From the IMG/VR virus record IMGVR_UViG_3300000553_000007: a stretch of DNA of 64,000 nucleotides. One strand, given 5' to 3'. The notes beneath the pieces are model-generated. The model did no database searches, was not told the DNA's origin, and saw only the letters and a list, made by a program, of their open reading frames with translations. Shown here one piece after another: positions 10,966 to 20,441 of this stretch; within the stretch, counting starts at the first letter, position 1, and each line of letters begins with the position of its first letter. Position numbers and translations under genes: made by a program. This DNA is from an uncultured virus (IMG/VR IMGVR_UViG_3300000553_000007) (lineage: Duplodnaviria > Heunggongvirae > Uroviricota > Caudoviricetes).

Positions 10966-11809
10966 AGGATGCACCAATAGGTACATCAATTCTCCTTTCA
11001 AGTTCGCATTCGGAACATTTAAATTCAAATGTCATATCGACATCAGGATTGTGTTCTTTCATATGTTTTCTTAATGCCAAACTGTCTTTGGCGGAGAGTT
11101 TTTCTTCTACGAATTTTCTAATGGTAAGTTTATCAGGATTGTTATCAATCGACATTAATAGATATTTCAGACGAGTAGTTAACTCTCCTGTGTTTTCTTT
11201 GTTGATTTTCTTGATTTGAGCCAATTCAGCATCAATGGATTGTTCATCTAATTGATTCAACAATTTGTATGTGACTACCACGCCGGAGTTCGGAAGTCTG
11301 AATGAGAATGAATTCTGTCCCGGTGTGTGATTATCGAAATCGAATGGTTTATATGTCAACCCACCTAAATTAATATTGACTTTAGATTGAGAGGAACAAC
11401 CAGGACATGTAATGGATACTGGGTAATCATTACCGTATGAGAATCGTCTAATACCTATGAATATAGCATTCTTGTCAGGAATCAAGATATCTTCAATTCT
11501 AATAGATTTATCTACAATCAAAGATTCCATCAACTTATCCAATACCTTACCACGTTTGATAAGTTCTTGATTTGCAAGTAAATCTTCTTCACGTGCGCTC
11601 ATTTCTTTCAATTCTATCTCACCGGACGAAAGCGGATGCCCAATAGGGTAAAATACTCCCTTAGTCGGTAGTGGGATGATGTTGGTTGGGTATTTAGATT
11701 CCATTTTATGTGAAACGTCGGATTGTTGTTTTAATGCAAATTCCGGAACATTTACCGGACGCCTAATCGGGATTGTTTGATTGTCAGCCATAACTATTTT
11801 ATCTTTCAT
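10940..11809 (-). CDS. gp26-like baseplate hub/tail assembly chaperone
   Basis: LPTKGVFYP, MSAREEDLL, DKNAIFIGIRRFSYG, two CxxC pairs, ends FLWPD; lies upstream of the tape measure gene. Confidence 0.8.
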   Translation of the reverse strand: MKDKIVMADNQTIPIRRPVNVPEFALKQQSDVSHKMESKYPTNIIPLPTKGVFYPIGHPLSSGEIELKEMSAREEDLLANQELIKRGKVLDKLMESLIVDKSIRIEDILIPDKNAIFIGIRRFSYGNDYPVSITCPGCSSQSKVNINLGGLTYKPFDFDNHTPGQNSFSFRLPNSGVVVTYKLLNQLDEQSIDAELAQIKKINKENTGELTTRLKYLLMSIDNNPDKLTIRKFVEEKLSAKDSLALRKHMKEHNPDVDMTFEFKCSECELERRIDVPIGASFLWPDLDR

Positions 11810-11845
11810 GAGAATACATAGATACTTGTTTAAATTTTTAGAGAA

Positions 11846-12145
11846 TTAATCTCTATCAAAAAACATTTCTAATGCAAATTTCTCCTCATCAGTAAGTCCA
11901 TAAGGAACCAAATTCCCACCAGACCTCTTAACCGGAGACTCACTAGTCGATTGAGTATATATACTATCGTGGAGAGTTCTAACACTTCTTTTAATCTTTA
12001 CGTATTCTATCGGTTTAACGACAGGATTTACCTTCATTAGATTTGATTTTGGTTGTGGCATATACTTTTTTATAAAATATACACCACCGACAATACAAAC
12101 CAACTCAGATAAAATACCAAATATAACTAATAAAATCAAAAACAT
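11846..12145 (-). CDS. Small membrane protein
   Basis: N-terminal hydrophobic helix, tightly coupled to the upstream gene. Confidence 0.55.
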   Translation of the reverse strand: MFLILLVIFGILSELVCIVGGVYFIKKYMPQPKSNLMKVNPVVKPIEYVKIKRSVRTLHDSIYTQSTSESPVKRSGGNLVPYGLTDEEKFALEMFFDRD

Positions 12146-13425
12146 TATCCCATTGGGGTTGGTGGTACAGGAGCCGACAACTGTTTATTTACAGAATCCA
12201 AAGCATCTCTATCTTGTTTCTTTTGAATTGAATCGTAATTTTTAACAGTAGTCGAATAACTGTCACGTTGTTGTTTATTCTGTTTAGATTTTGCTTCTAA
12301 TTCTTTTTTCTGCGCAACTAAATCTTGTCTTTGTTTAGCAACATCAGATTTTTGTTGTGCGGGCGATTTTGTCACATCCGTAGAAGTCGACATACTCGTC
12401 ATATTATCACTGGAATCAGGCGTATTAATGTCGGTAGAATAATCTTCATCCATTAATTCTTTCAAAATACCATAAACAATTTCTTGTAATTTTCTATTTG
12501 GATTGTATATCTTAGATTGCGCTTCTGGTTCTTTTTGATGAGTGGCAGGCTGAGGCTGAGTCACATCCATACCACGTCTAGACGAAGATGGCGTTGGTGG
12601 TTCATCGCCGGTACTAATCAACTGTCTAGCATTTCTGAATTTGAATGACATCAGTTGATATAATCCAACATCAAACCAACCAAAGACCCATCTAAAGAAT
12701 TTCTTCTTCTGATTGTCCGTATATTTGTCGGAACCTAATACATTTCTTATATTAGTCGTTGATATAGGGTTGCCTTCGATTTTTGTGTCGTCTACTATGA
12801 CAATGTAAGAATGTTCTTCTAAAGGTCTTAATGCGTGTTCGTTCCCCTTATAAGGTTGAAAATATGATGGTTTACCCTCCGTATTTAACCACACATCTTT
12901 ATGTGGTTCTTCGTGTTGTAAATTTTGTTTGGCAAATGTAAAATCGACATCATCCGGGTCTTCCTCTTCAGGCGATTCTCCTTCTACGGAATGTCTAGCC
13001 AATTCTTCGTAGATTTCTTTTATTTCTTTTTTACTACCAGCCGACATACCATCGGACTTGCCATCAGATTTGCCTTTTCTTTTTGAAAAAAGTGAAGCAT
13101 CTTTTGGATTTAAAGATATTAAAGCTGCGGTGTGTTTTGCAGAAAATTTATGGAAAATTTCCTCAGGTCTCCATTTGTCAACATTCTCAGCATCATCGGT
13201 CGGTAAGGATGTTACTTTAACTATATGACTTGCAGGAACTCCATGTCTGACCCAGATTTGTTCCTTGTCACCAAAATTCAATGGAGCTTCCGGAATAGGT
13301 TCTCTATCAGTGGTTACTACGAATACCTCATCTCCACCAATCATGGCTTTGAATCTCTTATAAACTTCGTAATGAGACCTGGCGGCTGGTTGAAAATTGC
13401 CTGGATAAATTCCTATTTTTTTCAT
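12145..13425 (-). CDS. Cytidylyltransferase-like (HIGH/Rossmann) nucleotidyltransferase, degenerate, with coiled-coil tail
   Basis: KIGIYPGNFQPAARSH (HxGH position reads ARSH), PLNFGDKEQI, ISTTNIR. Confidence 0.65.
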   Translation of the reverse strand: MKKIGIYPGNFQPAARSHYEVYKRFKAMIGGDEVFVVTTDREPIPEAPLNFGDKEQIWVRHGVPASHIVKVTSLPTDDAENVDKWRPEEIFHKFSAKHTAALISLNPKDASLFSKRKGKSDGKSDGMSAGSKKEIKEIYEELARHSVEGESPEEEDPDDVDFTFAKQNLQHEEPHKDVWLNTEGKPSYFQPYKGNEHALRPLEEHSYIVIVDDTKIEGNPISTTNIRNVLGSDKYTDNQKKKFFRWVFGWFDVGLYQLMSFKFRNARQLISTGDEPPTPSSSRRGMDVTQPQPATHQKEPEAQSKIYNPNRKLQEIVYGILKELMDEDYSTDINTPDSSDNMTSMSTSTDVTKSPAQQKSDVAKQRQDLVAQKKELEAKSKQNKQQRDSYSTTVKNYDSIQKKQDRDALDSVNKQLSAPVPPTPMG

Positions 13426-13805
13426 TTTTTATTAGTTTCCTTTGAGTCTCTTTCCGCTCTTATATATTGCCAAACCGAGTTGAATTTTGCGTTTTCATTG
13501 TTTTCCACTTCGATTATATGTCTGTCCGTTCTGTCATCTAAATCTTTAATCAATTGTACACAACGTCTTTCTACGTCTTGAGTATCGGATGACGCCTGTA
13601 GTCTAATAGATGATACTTCGGCTTGATGTTGTTTATCCGCATGCCAAGATTGTAACATGGGAACTACGGAACTTACCAACAATGCGATTATACCAGTCAA
13701 CCCATGTTCTATTACGGTATGTTTACTACCTTCATAAGTTCTACGAAATGCTCGTATGACAAATCCCTCTACAGGCTCGGGAGTTGGTTTTGATTTTTTC
13801 TTCAT
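13422..13805 (-). CDS. Hypothetical single-pass membrane protein
   Basis: Hydrophobic GLTGIIALLVSSVVPML followed by coiled coil; start at MKKKSK (13805), 3 nt after a TATTTATT motif. Confidence 0.55.
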   Translation of the reverse strand: MKKKSKPTPEPVEGFVIRAFRRTYEGSKHTVIEHGLTGIIALLVSSVVPMLQSWHADKQHQAEVSSIRLQASSDTQDVERRCVQLIKDLDDRTDRHIIEVENNENAKFNSVWQYIRAERDSKETNKK

Positions 13806-13816
13806 ATTAATAAATA

Positions 13817-14476
13817 TCAAAAGGATTTTGTTTCTTCGCCGTGACGAAGAGATTTCCATGCTCTGTGTAAAGCTTCGGCTGCATCATTTTTGGTCTTGAA
13901 CGGTTTCTTTGGGTCTTGTTTATAAGCTCTATCACCGTTAGGCCCTTTCACAAGACCGACGAGATACCCATTTTCTTGAGATACTATTACTCCCAAAAGA
14001 ATACTTCCATAATATACGTCCGTTGGAACTCCAAATCCATCACCACGTTTTAAATATGTGTAATCATCGAATCTATATTGTTCGTTTAGTTTGTCGTTTA
14101 ATCTGGGGTCATTTAATTCATCACGAACACACGTATTACTTCTGGGGTCGGTTACCACATTATTAGAATATCCTAAATCTTCACTTACGGGTCTATTAAT
14201 TTGTTCCAGTCTTCGTTTAATCTCAGTTTGAAACATGATATAATCTTGGGTAGCTTGTTTACGCATACCCCAATCGTCGTCTGATGGTTTTACCGATTTA
14301 ATAGTTCTGGCCGCCTTGTTTCTTAGGGCCTTTAAATTATCCAATGTCATCATTTTTAACTTAGGATTCCATTGTGTGTCAAATGAACGTCTACCAGGAA
14401 GCTTGGAGTTGATATCACTTTGAGATACTTCCTTTATAATCTCTCTTATCAATTTTTTTAACGTAGACTTATTCAT
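13817..14476 (-). CDS. Hypothetical protein with 'LKKLIREIIKE' leader (putative head-packaged)
   Basis: MNKSTLKKLIREIIKEV leader, internal VSE/LNE linkers, TATTTATA 7 nt upstream. Confidence 0.65.
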   Translation of the reverse strand: MNKSTLKKLIREIIKEVSQSDINSKLPGRRSFDTQWNPKLKMMTLDNLKALRNKAARTIKSVKPSDDDWGMRKQATQDYIMFQTEIKRRLEQINRPVSEDLGYSNNVVTDPRSNTCVRDELNDPRLNDKLNEQYRFDDYTYLKRGDGFGVPTDVYYGSILLGVIVSQENGYLVGLVKGPNGDRAYKQDPKKPFKTKNDAAEALHRAWKSLRHGEETKSF

Positions 14477-14541
14477 ATACACATATAAATATCAAGTAAA
14501 ATTTAATGATGGGTGTTATTTTAACTATATGCCACATAATA

Positions 14542-14581
14542 ACAATCTCCTTACCATGATGTACACAGTAAGGAGAATTGT
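14542..14581 (-). terminator. Stem-loop after the tail tube gene
   Basis: Imperfect inverted repeat acaatctccttac...gtaaggagaattgt. Confidence 0.55.
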
Positions 14582-14605
14582 CAAATTGCGATTAAGGTTA
14601 TATAA

Positions 14606-15097
14606 TCAGTACTGGAGTATGGCGTAGTCGTAAGAAACGGTTATATTGACACTCAATGGGTCCCCCGTGTTCGTCCAGTCAACCGATTGGAAATCAGCAG
14701 CAGTAACGAATGCACCTATAAGCGTCCACTCTTCTACCTTATCACCGACTGGGCCTAATACGTTTAGAGTAATATTTTTCTTATAGAAATCCATATATCC
14801 ATCACGACCGGTCACAGATTCGTGTGATAGACGAACCCATTCCATCACAGCTTGTGCGCCAGAAGGAACGATTGCGTCATAAAGTTCCATTGCCACAGGT
14901 TCCCAAATAGACTTACCTTTGTAATATCTCTGGAGATTGATGTGGTCAAGAGCTTTACGTTCTTGTGTTAATTTTGGTCTATCCGTCTTTCTTAATAGAA
15001 AAGAAGGGATACCGTCAATATACAAAATGAATCGGTTTTGAACTTTTGGTTCAAAAGCGGTCCAGAATATTTCATTTGAGTTTAGTAGGTCTGCCAT
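14606..15097 (-). CDS. Tail tube protein (T4 gp19-like)
   Basis: 163 aa; FEPKVQNRF, KGKSIWEPV..ELYD, VMEWV, GPVGDKVEEWTLIGAF, SYDYA. Confidence 0.9.
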   Translation of the reverse strand: MADLLNSNEIFWTAFEPKVQNRFILYIDGIPSFLLRKTDRPKLTQERKALDHINLQRYYKGKSIWEPVAMELYDAIVPSGAQAVMEWVRLSHESVTGRDGYMDFYKKNITLNVLGPVGDKVEEWTLIGAFVTAADFQSVDWTNTGDPLSVNITVSYDYAILQY

Positions 15098-15194
15098 AAA
15101 TTTCCTTATTTATAATTGTTGTTATTTTACCCATTACTATAATAAGTATTAAAAAAATTATTTTTATTTACTTTACTATCAATCTTTTGTAATT

Positions 15195-16862
15195 ATGTTG
15201 ACAGTATATGAACCAAAAGAAATAAATATGGGAAGACCAAGAAAAAATCCACTAACAGTTGATAAAATATGTCCTACATGCGGTAAGTCATTTAATGTTT
15301 TTTATAGAAAAAATAAACAGATATTTTGTTCCAAGACGTGCGCACAACACAATCCATCGGTATTGGAAAAAATGAAAAATAGTCAACAAAAAAAGTGGGA
15401 TGAAAAATATGATGGATTACATCCAATGAAAATAAAATCAACCGTTGAAAATTTCAAAAAATCTTTATTTAAAAATAATGGAAATGATTATTTTACAAAT
15501 TATCTAGTTAAAAAAACAAAAGAAACAAAATTGGAAAAATATGGAGATGAAAATTATAATAATAAAGAAAAATTAAAACAAACTTGTTTGGAAAAATATG
15601 GCGTTGATAATTTTGTAAAAACCGAAGAATATAAAGAAAAATCAAAACAAACGTGTTTGAAAAAATATAATGTTGAGTATCCATCACAATGCAATTCATA
15701 TAAAGAAAAATTTAAAAATACCGTTTATGAACGATTTTTACAAACAGGAAGGTTTGATAATTTTACCCCATTATTTGATATAAAAACTTACACTGGAGTT
15801 TTAAGTGGACAAAGATATAAATTTAAATGTGACAGATGTGATGAAACTATAGAATGTAGTCTTGATGATGGAAAATTTCCTATATGTTTTACGTGTGATA
15901 AAAATTGTTCTTCTTTTTATCAAAAAGAAATATATGACTTTTTAAGAAATGAATTAGGAAATGATACGATTATTCTTACAAACGAAAGAACTATCATATA
16001 TCCAAAAGAGTTGGATATTTTTATACCATCATTAAATTTGGCTATAGAATTCAATGGGACGTTTTGGCATAGTGAGATAAGTGGAAATAAAAATAAGGTA
16101 TATCATTTAAATAAAACAAAATCTTGTATATTCAAAGGAATAAAACTAATTCACATCTTTCAATTTGAGTGGGACACCAAAAAAGAAATTATAAAATCCA
16201 TATTAAAAAATATAATTAAAAAAACACCAAATAAAATTTATGCAAGAGAATGTGAAGTGAGAGATATTACTCTTCAATGTTCCATTGATTTTTTAGAAAA
16301 GAATCATTTACAGGGAAAAGACAAAAGTAGTATTAAATTAGGGTTGTATCATAAAAATGAATTAGTATCCGTTATGACATTTTGTAAATCTCGATTTGAC
16401 AAAAAATGTGAATATGAAATGTCTAGATATTGTAACAATTTAAACACTTCTATAATAGGCGGTGGAAACAAATTATTTTCACATTTTATAAATTCATACA
16501 GACCAAATTCTATGGTGAGTTATAGTGATAGGAGATATTTCAATGGAAATATATATCGACAATTGGGGTTTACATTTGTAGATAATACTTCGCCATCTTA
16601 TTTTTATTTAAAAGAATATAAAATCGTATTCAATAGAATAAATTTTCAAAAACACAAATTAAAAAAGGTATTGTCTAATTTCGATGATAAATTATCGGAG
16701 TGGGAAAATATGAAAATTAATGGATTTGATAGAATATGGGATTGTGGTCATTCAAAATGGGTGATAAAATTCAATTATCCAACCAAGGGTTTAAAAAACA
16801 ATTCACTATCTTTAGATTCCATTAAAGACATCAATTCTTCCAATGACTCGTCAATTTTATGA
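15195..16862 (+). CDS. Putative homing endonuclease (CxxC, KYG repeats, PD-(D/E)xK domain), opposite strand to its neighbours
   Basis: 'KETKLEKYG/KQTCLEKYG' repeats, ELDIFIPSLNLAIEFNGTFWHS, C-terminal SYSDRRY...RIWDCG; likely start at MGRPRK (15228). Confidence 0.75.
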   Translation: MLTVYEPKEINMGRPRKNPLTVDKICPTCGKSFNVFYRKNKQIFCSKTCAQHNPSVLEKMKNSQQKKWDEKYDGLHPMKIKSTVENFKKSLFKNNGNDYFTNYLVKKTKETKLEKYGDENYNNKEKLKQTCLEKYGVDNFVKTEEYKEKSKQTCLKKYNVEYPSQCNSYKEKFKNTVYERFLQTGRFDNFTPLFDIKTYTGVLSGQRYKFKCDRCDETIECSLDDGKFPICFTCDKNCSSFYQKEIYDFLRNELGNDTIILTNERTIIYPKELDIFIPSLNLAIEFNGTFWHSEISGNKNKVYHLNKTKSCIFKGIKLIHIFQFEWDTKKEIIKSILKNIIKKTPNKIYARECEVRDITLQCSIDFLEKNHLQGKDKSSIKLGLYHKNELVSVMTFCKSRFDKKCEYEMSRYCNNLNTSIIGGGNKLFSHFINSYRPNSMVSYSDRRYFNGNIYRQLGFTFVDNTSPSYFYLKEYKIVFNRINFQKHKLKKVLSNFDDKLSEWENMKINGFDRIWDCGHSKWVIKFNYPTKGLKNNSLSLDSIKDINSSNDSSIL

Positions 16863-18649
16863 GCGTCCATACGATTGTCATCATCGTCATTACTATCATC
16901 GTCATCGCTGCCTGAGAAATCATCAGAATAATCTTTTTGTCTATAATAATCCATCTTTACATGTTTTGGATATTTTATATTAACATTCTTTTCTAACCAA
17001 TAATCCACGCTTTCTTTTTCTTCTTCGTTTGGTCCATCAAATGTGGCCCACCAATATACCGTGTTTGTACTTCTTTTATATCTCCATAGTAACGACTCCG
17101 TTCCAAATCCCCATCTCTGTTCCGGAGGTAAGGTTCTACTCCATCGTTCGTGGGTCATATCTTCCGAATCTACACTAGTTCCTATTACTTTAAAATTTTC
17201 TCTATTTACGAATCCAAGAAATAGATTAGATTTTTTATCCATTAATTCATCGATTCTATGTCCTGAAAAATCTAGGGTGTGAGTTTGTCTTGGATTTTTG
17301 ATGTTGTATTTTTCTTTAAGATATTCTGCCACCGCAAATCGTTGTTGTTCAGGAGCATCTTCATACCAGTATATTGTATTGTTTTTCGACTTATATCGCC
17401 ATTGTATCAAATTACCCCAATTTCCATCGTTAAATTGTGGATTGTGTTTCATAACAAGGTCATGAGTCACATTACCAAGCCCAACCAAATCTTTTTCAGA
17501 AATAATTTCTAAATCATTATTAATCCAACCAACTACCAAATAATCTTTATTAATATTCTCATCAACGCTATGACCGTGAGTATAATATTTTCCTGATAAA
17601 ATATGTTTTGGATTTTTAACCCCGTATTTTTTATTAATGTGATGGTCAACCAATTCCTTTGATTCTTCACTTCCCATGCCGGCGCCCCAAGTATCCCAGT
17701 AAACCGTATTTTTTATGGAATTATATCTCCATCTCAAATCTCCGGCTCTATATCCAATTAAATCTCTGTGACCTAGATTGTTATTATAATCCTTCATGGA
17801 GAATATATCACCGTCTTTATTTATCGAACCGACTAAAGTGAATGGTTTTTTATCTTTATGTTTTGCAAACATTTTTATCAAATCTTCAACCGAATGGTCA
17901 TTTTCATTTAATGGATTTGTATCCGTAGAAGGTTGCATATTACCATGTTCAGGCAAACTAACCTGTTTATCGTAGACATCGTTAATGGTTTTTTTAATTT
18001 GTTCTAAAACTCCAGTCTTTCTCAACGCTTTAAAAACCAAATTCTCGGTACAAAATTCTCCACCTTTAGCTAAACCTGTGTCACGGTAGTTTCTTATAGA
18101 CTTCATCAACTCTTTCAACTTTTCTATATCACTAGTTTCTACAAGTTTCTTAGCTTTTTGTTGTATCGTTTGGAATTTCTTTCTTATTTTATCACTATCA
18201 AAATCTATTTTTTCATGAGTGGGTTCTTGTAACCATTTACCATCGAATAAAGAATAAATTGCGGCTCCCTCTCGGGACAACTGAGCATTACTATTTGGTT
18301 CTCTGATGTCTTGAATGTATACTTCTACAGGATGACCTTTCATCTCTATGTCGTGTTCGGTATTCCACTTAAATCCCAACGAATCCATGAACTTTCTAGC
18401 GTAGTCTTCATTAATTTTCTCTTCGGCAATGTCTATGACGAGATGTAAATCTATATCACTAGTCGGCGTCCAATTGTAATTGGCTGATGAACCTATGAAT
18501 AATATATCATGAAGTTCGCCGTCCAATTCCGTAGAGTTATAAAAATCCTCGGCAATTTTTAACAATGAATCCCTAACCTCAGATTTGATGGTTTTATCCT
18601 CATTCCAAATATTAGGGTCTAACGTCTTATTGTAGATTCTAAGTTTCAC
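16775..18649 (-). CDS. Pol-beta-family nucleotidyltransferase fused to three copies of an unnamed 'WRY' domain
   Basis: FIGSSANYNWTPTSDIDLHLVID and VEVYIQD; three ~95-aa repeats G.[IV]N...H...WRY....T[VI]YW...L..[KN][YV].[VI]K.P. Confidence 0.8.
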   Translation of the reverse strand: MKLRIYNKTLDPNIWNEDKTIKSEVRDSLLKIAEDFYNSTELDGELHDILFIGSSANYNWTPTSDIDLHLVIDIAEEKINEDYARKFMDSLGFKWNTEHDIEMKGHPVEVYIQDIREPNSNAQLSREGAAIYSLFDGKWLQEPTHEKIDFDSDKIRKKFQTIQQKAKKLVETSDIEKLKELMKSIRNYRDTGLAKGGEFCTENLVFKALRKTGVLEQIKKTINDVYDKQVSLPEHGNMQPSTDTNPLNENDHSVEDLIKMFAKHKDKKPFTLVGSINKDGDIFSMKDYNNNLGHRDLIGYRAGDLRWRYNSIKNTVYWDTWGAGMGSEESKELVDHHINKKYGVKNPKHILSGKYYTHGHSVDENINKDYLVVGWINNDLEIISEKDLVGLGNVTHDLVMKHNPQFNDGNWGNLIQWRYKSKNNTIYWYEDAPEQQRFAVAEYLKEKYNIKNPRQTHTLDFSGHRIDELMDKKSNLFLGFVNRENFKVIGTSVDSEDMTHERWSRTLPPEQRWGFGTESLLWRYKRSTNTVYWWATFDGPNEEEKESVDYWLEKNVNIKYPKHVKMDYYRQKDYSDDFSGSDDDDSNDDDDNRMDAHKIDESLEELMSLMESKDSELFFKPLVG

Positions 18650-19753
18650 TTATTTTCCAAGTCGATTCATTTCATCCGCATGTTTAACCATCACATTACG
18701 AGTATCATTAGCATCATTCAAATCATCGGCGTAATAAGTCTTACCTTCGTCTCGTTTACCGTTGGTCATCCACTTAACAACCCACTCTCCTGTGGATGTA
18801 TCCTTCACTGGCTTCGATATGACGTGTTTATTTGGTCGACTGACCATCTTGGATAAAGAACTATGAACTTTGAATGGGTCTTGTAATACGCCTTCACGAG
18901 TTTCATCTCCTTCTGCGTCATTTTTACTACCATACCACATTTCACTTACGAGTTCTTTTATTATACCTTTTAATTCTCTTTTAGAAACGTTTTCTTCAAA
19001 CTTGACTCTCCATCTTTCTCCGGGAATATGTTTTGGGTCTTTCTTCATGTCTTTATCGTAGACATATCCGACGCCTTCTTGAAAAGGAACATCATCTTCC
19101 GGTGTCGTAGGATTGGATTTCTTTGGTTCCAAATCTTCTGGCCCCATAACCGAAACGTTATAATCTCCGTGACCGGCTTTGTATGCCTTTTGCGCTTCCT
19201 CAGCAGCTTCATCGCGGGTATTGGCAACATGATGAATTGATATATCATTACCAAGACACGCATCTGTGGATTTACAGAAAGTAGGAACTTCCACCAACAC
19301 AACATATTTACCACTCTTAGCTAATCGTTTGGCTTTTTCAGTCGCATTGCGTCTTGGAGTCGTGGCTTGTGAATGGGCAAATGCTCTTTGAGAATCGTTT
19401 GAATATCCATCAGAATCATCATGTTGTCCTGCCGATTGATTTTCTTTGAATCCTTGTGGTGTCTGGGCTTGAGAATTTGAAGTTCTGATGAATTCCTTGA
19501 TTCCACCGTCGAAATTGTTCTGTATGCCCGTTAATAACGTTTGTACGTCAATGCCGTCTACATCAGACTCTTCATCTATATCATCCCACTGACATTCCTT
19601 GACCCACTCACGCATCTGTTTAATTAGGTCTGGATGTTCAGAGGCAAATCTAGAACTTGGAGATTCCGTGTCACCCACAGTCTTATCTGCGACTTGAAGT
19701 TCTTCTTTTACAATCTCTTTAATGATTGCCGCTATATGTGATAATTTCGTCAT
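18650..19753 (-). CDS. Modular hypothetical protein (putative head-packaged)
   Basis: Leader MTKLSHIAAIIKEIVKEEL, an internal second leader-like segment SKRELKGIIKELVSE, FKE/FQE linkers. Confidence 0.65.
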   Translation of the reverse strand: MTKLSHIAAIIKEIVKEELQVADKTVGDTESPSSRFASEHPDLIKQMREWVKECQWDDIDEESDVDGIDVQTLLTGIQNNFDGGIKEFIRTSNSQAQTPQGFKENQSAGQHDDSDGYSNDSQRAFAHSQATTPRRNATEKAKRLAKSGKYVVLVEVPTFCKSTDACLGNDISIHHVANTRDEAAEEAQKAYKAGHGDYNVSVMGPEDLEPKKSNPTTPEDDVPFQEGVGYVYDKDMKKDPKHIPGERWRVKFEENVSKRELKGIIKELVSEMWYGSKNDAEGDETREGVLQDPFKVHSSLSKMVSRPNKHVISKPVKDTSTGEWVVKWMTNGKRDEGKTYYADDLNDANDTRNVMVKHADEMNRLGK

Positions 19754-20247
19754 ACGTATTTTTTTAGTTGATTAATCGTACCTGTAGCCGAAACGTGTAG
19801 GATTCCTATACCGCCTTTTTTAATCCATTCCTGTATTACTACTGGTGTATCGTCTATAATTATATCGCCGGGCCTCGAATAATGACGTTTTCTGTGTTTA
19901 TTCTCTACCAAGATGATATCAGATTCTCGCAAACTTGGAAGGTTGTGTCGCAACCAAGCAGTCTTTCCCTGTGCGGTCTGATTATTCCCTTTGTCAGATT
20001 TACCCAACGCACTTAATATTTTAACTTTTAAAAAATTGTTGGTTATGAAATTCCACATTTCTTTACTACCGGACATCCAAGGCAACTCTGAAAAGAACTT
20101 AGATTTACCATACTCGTTGATTGCATTCCACAATTCTTCTTCGGAAATTGTATCAGGCGACGTTCCCGTTATATTATAGACTCCTTGGTCAAAATCCGCT
20201 AGAACTCCGTCCATATCTACGTAAACGATGCTATTATAGGTTGCCAT
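19750..20247 (-). CDS. HAD-family 5'(3')-deoxyribonucleotidase-like protein
   Basis: VYVDMDGVLADF, ILSA, K..W, IIIDD motifs. Confidence 0.85.
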   Translation of the reverse strand: MATYNSIVYVDMDGVLADFDQGVYNITGTSPDTISEEELWNAINEYGKSKFFSELPWMSGSKEMWNFITNNFLKVKILSALGKSDKGNNQTAQGKTAWLRHNLPSLRESDIILVENKHRKRHYSRPGDIIIDDTPVVIQEWIKKGGIGILHVSATGTINQLKKYV

Positions 20248-20441
20248 ATCAGTATAAATAGTAAAATCAAATTAAAATAAAGATTTCATTTATTTATAAG
20301 TTGACAGGGGATTTATTATACATACTCTGGTATTACCAATTAATAACCAGTGAAGCTAAGTTGTAGATGTACCTTTAAAGTACCTTAAATTGAAGTAGTA
20401 GTAAATTTTTAATAGTGTACTAAGTGTACCTAGTAGTAAGA

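Noticed and set aside
13422..13805. Holin assignment
   Set aside because: Only one hydrophobic segment and no adjacent lysin; insufficient support.
20301..20326. Sigma70 promoter TTGACA...CATACT
   Set aside because: Spacer is only 14 nt and there is no downstream plus-strand ORF.
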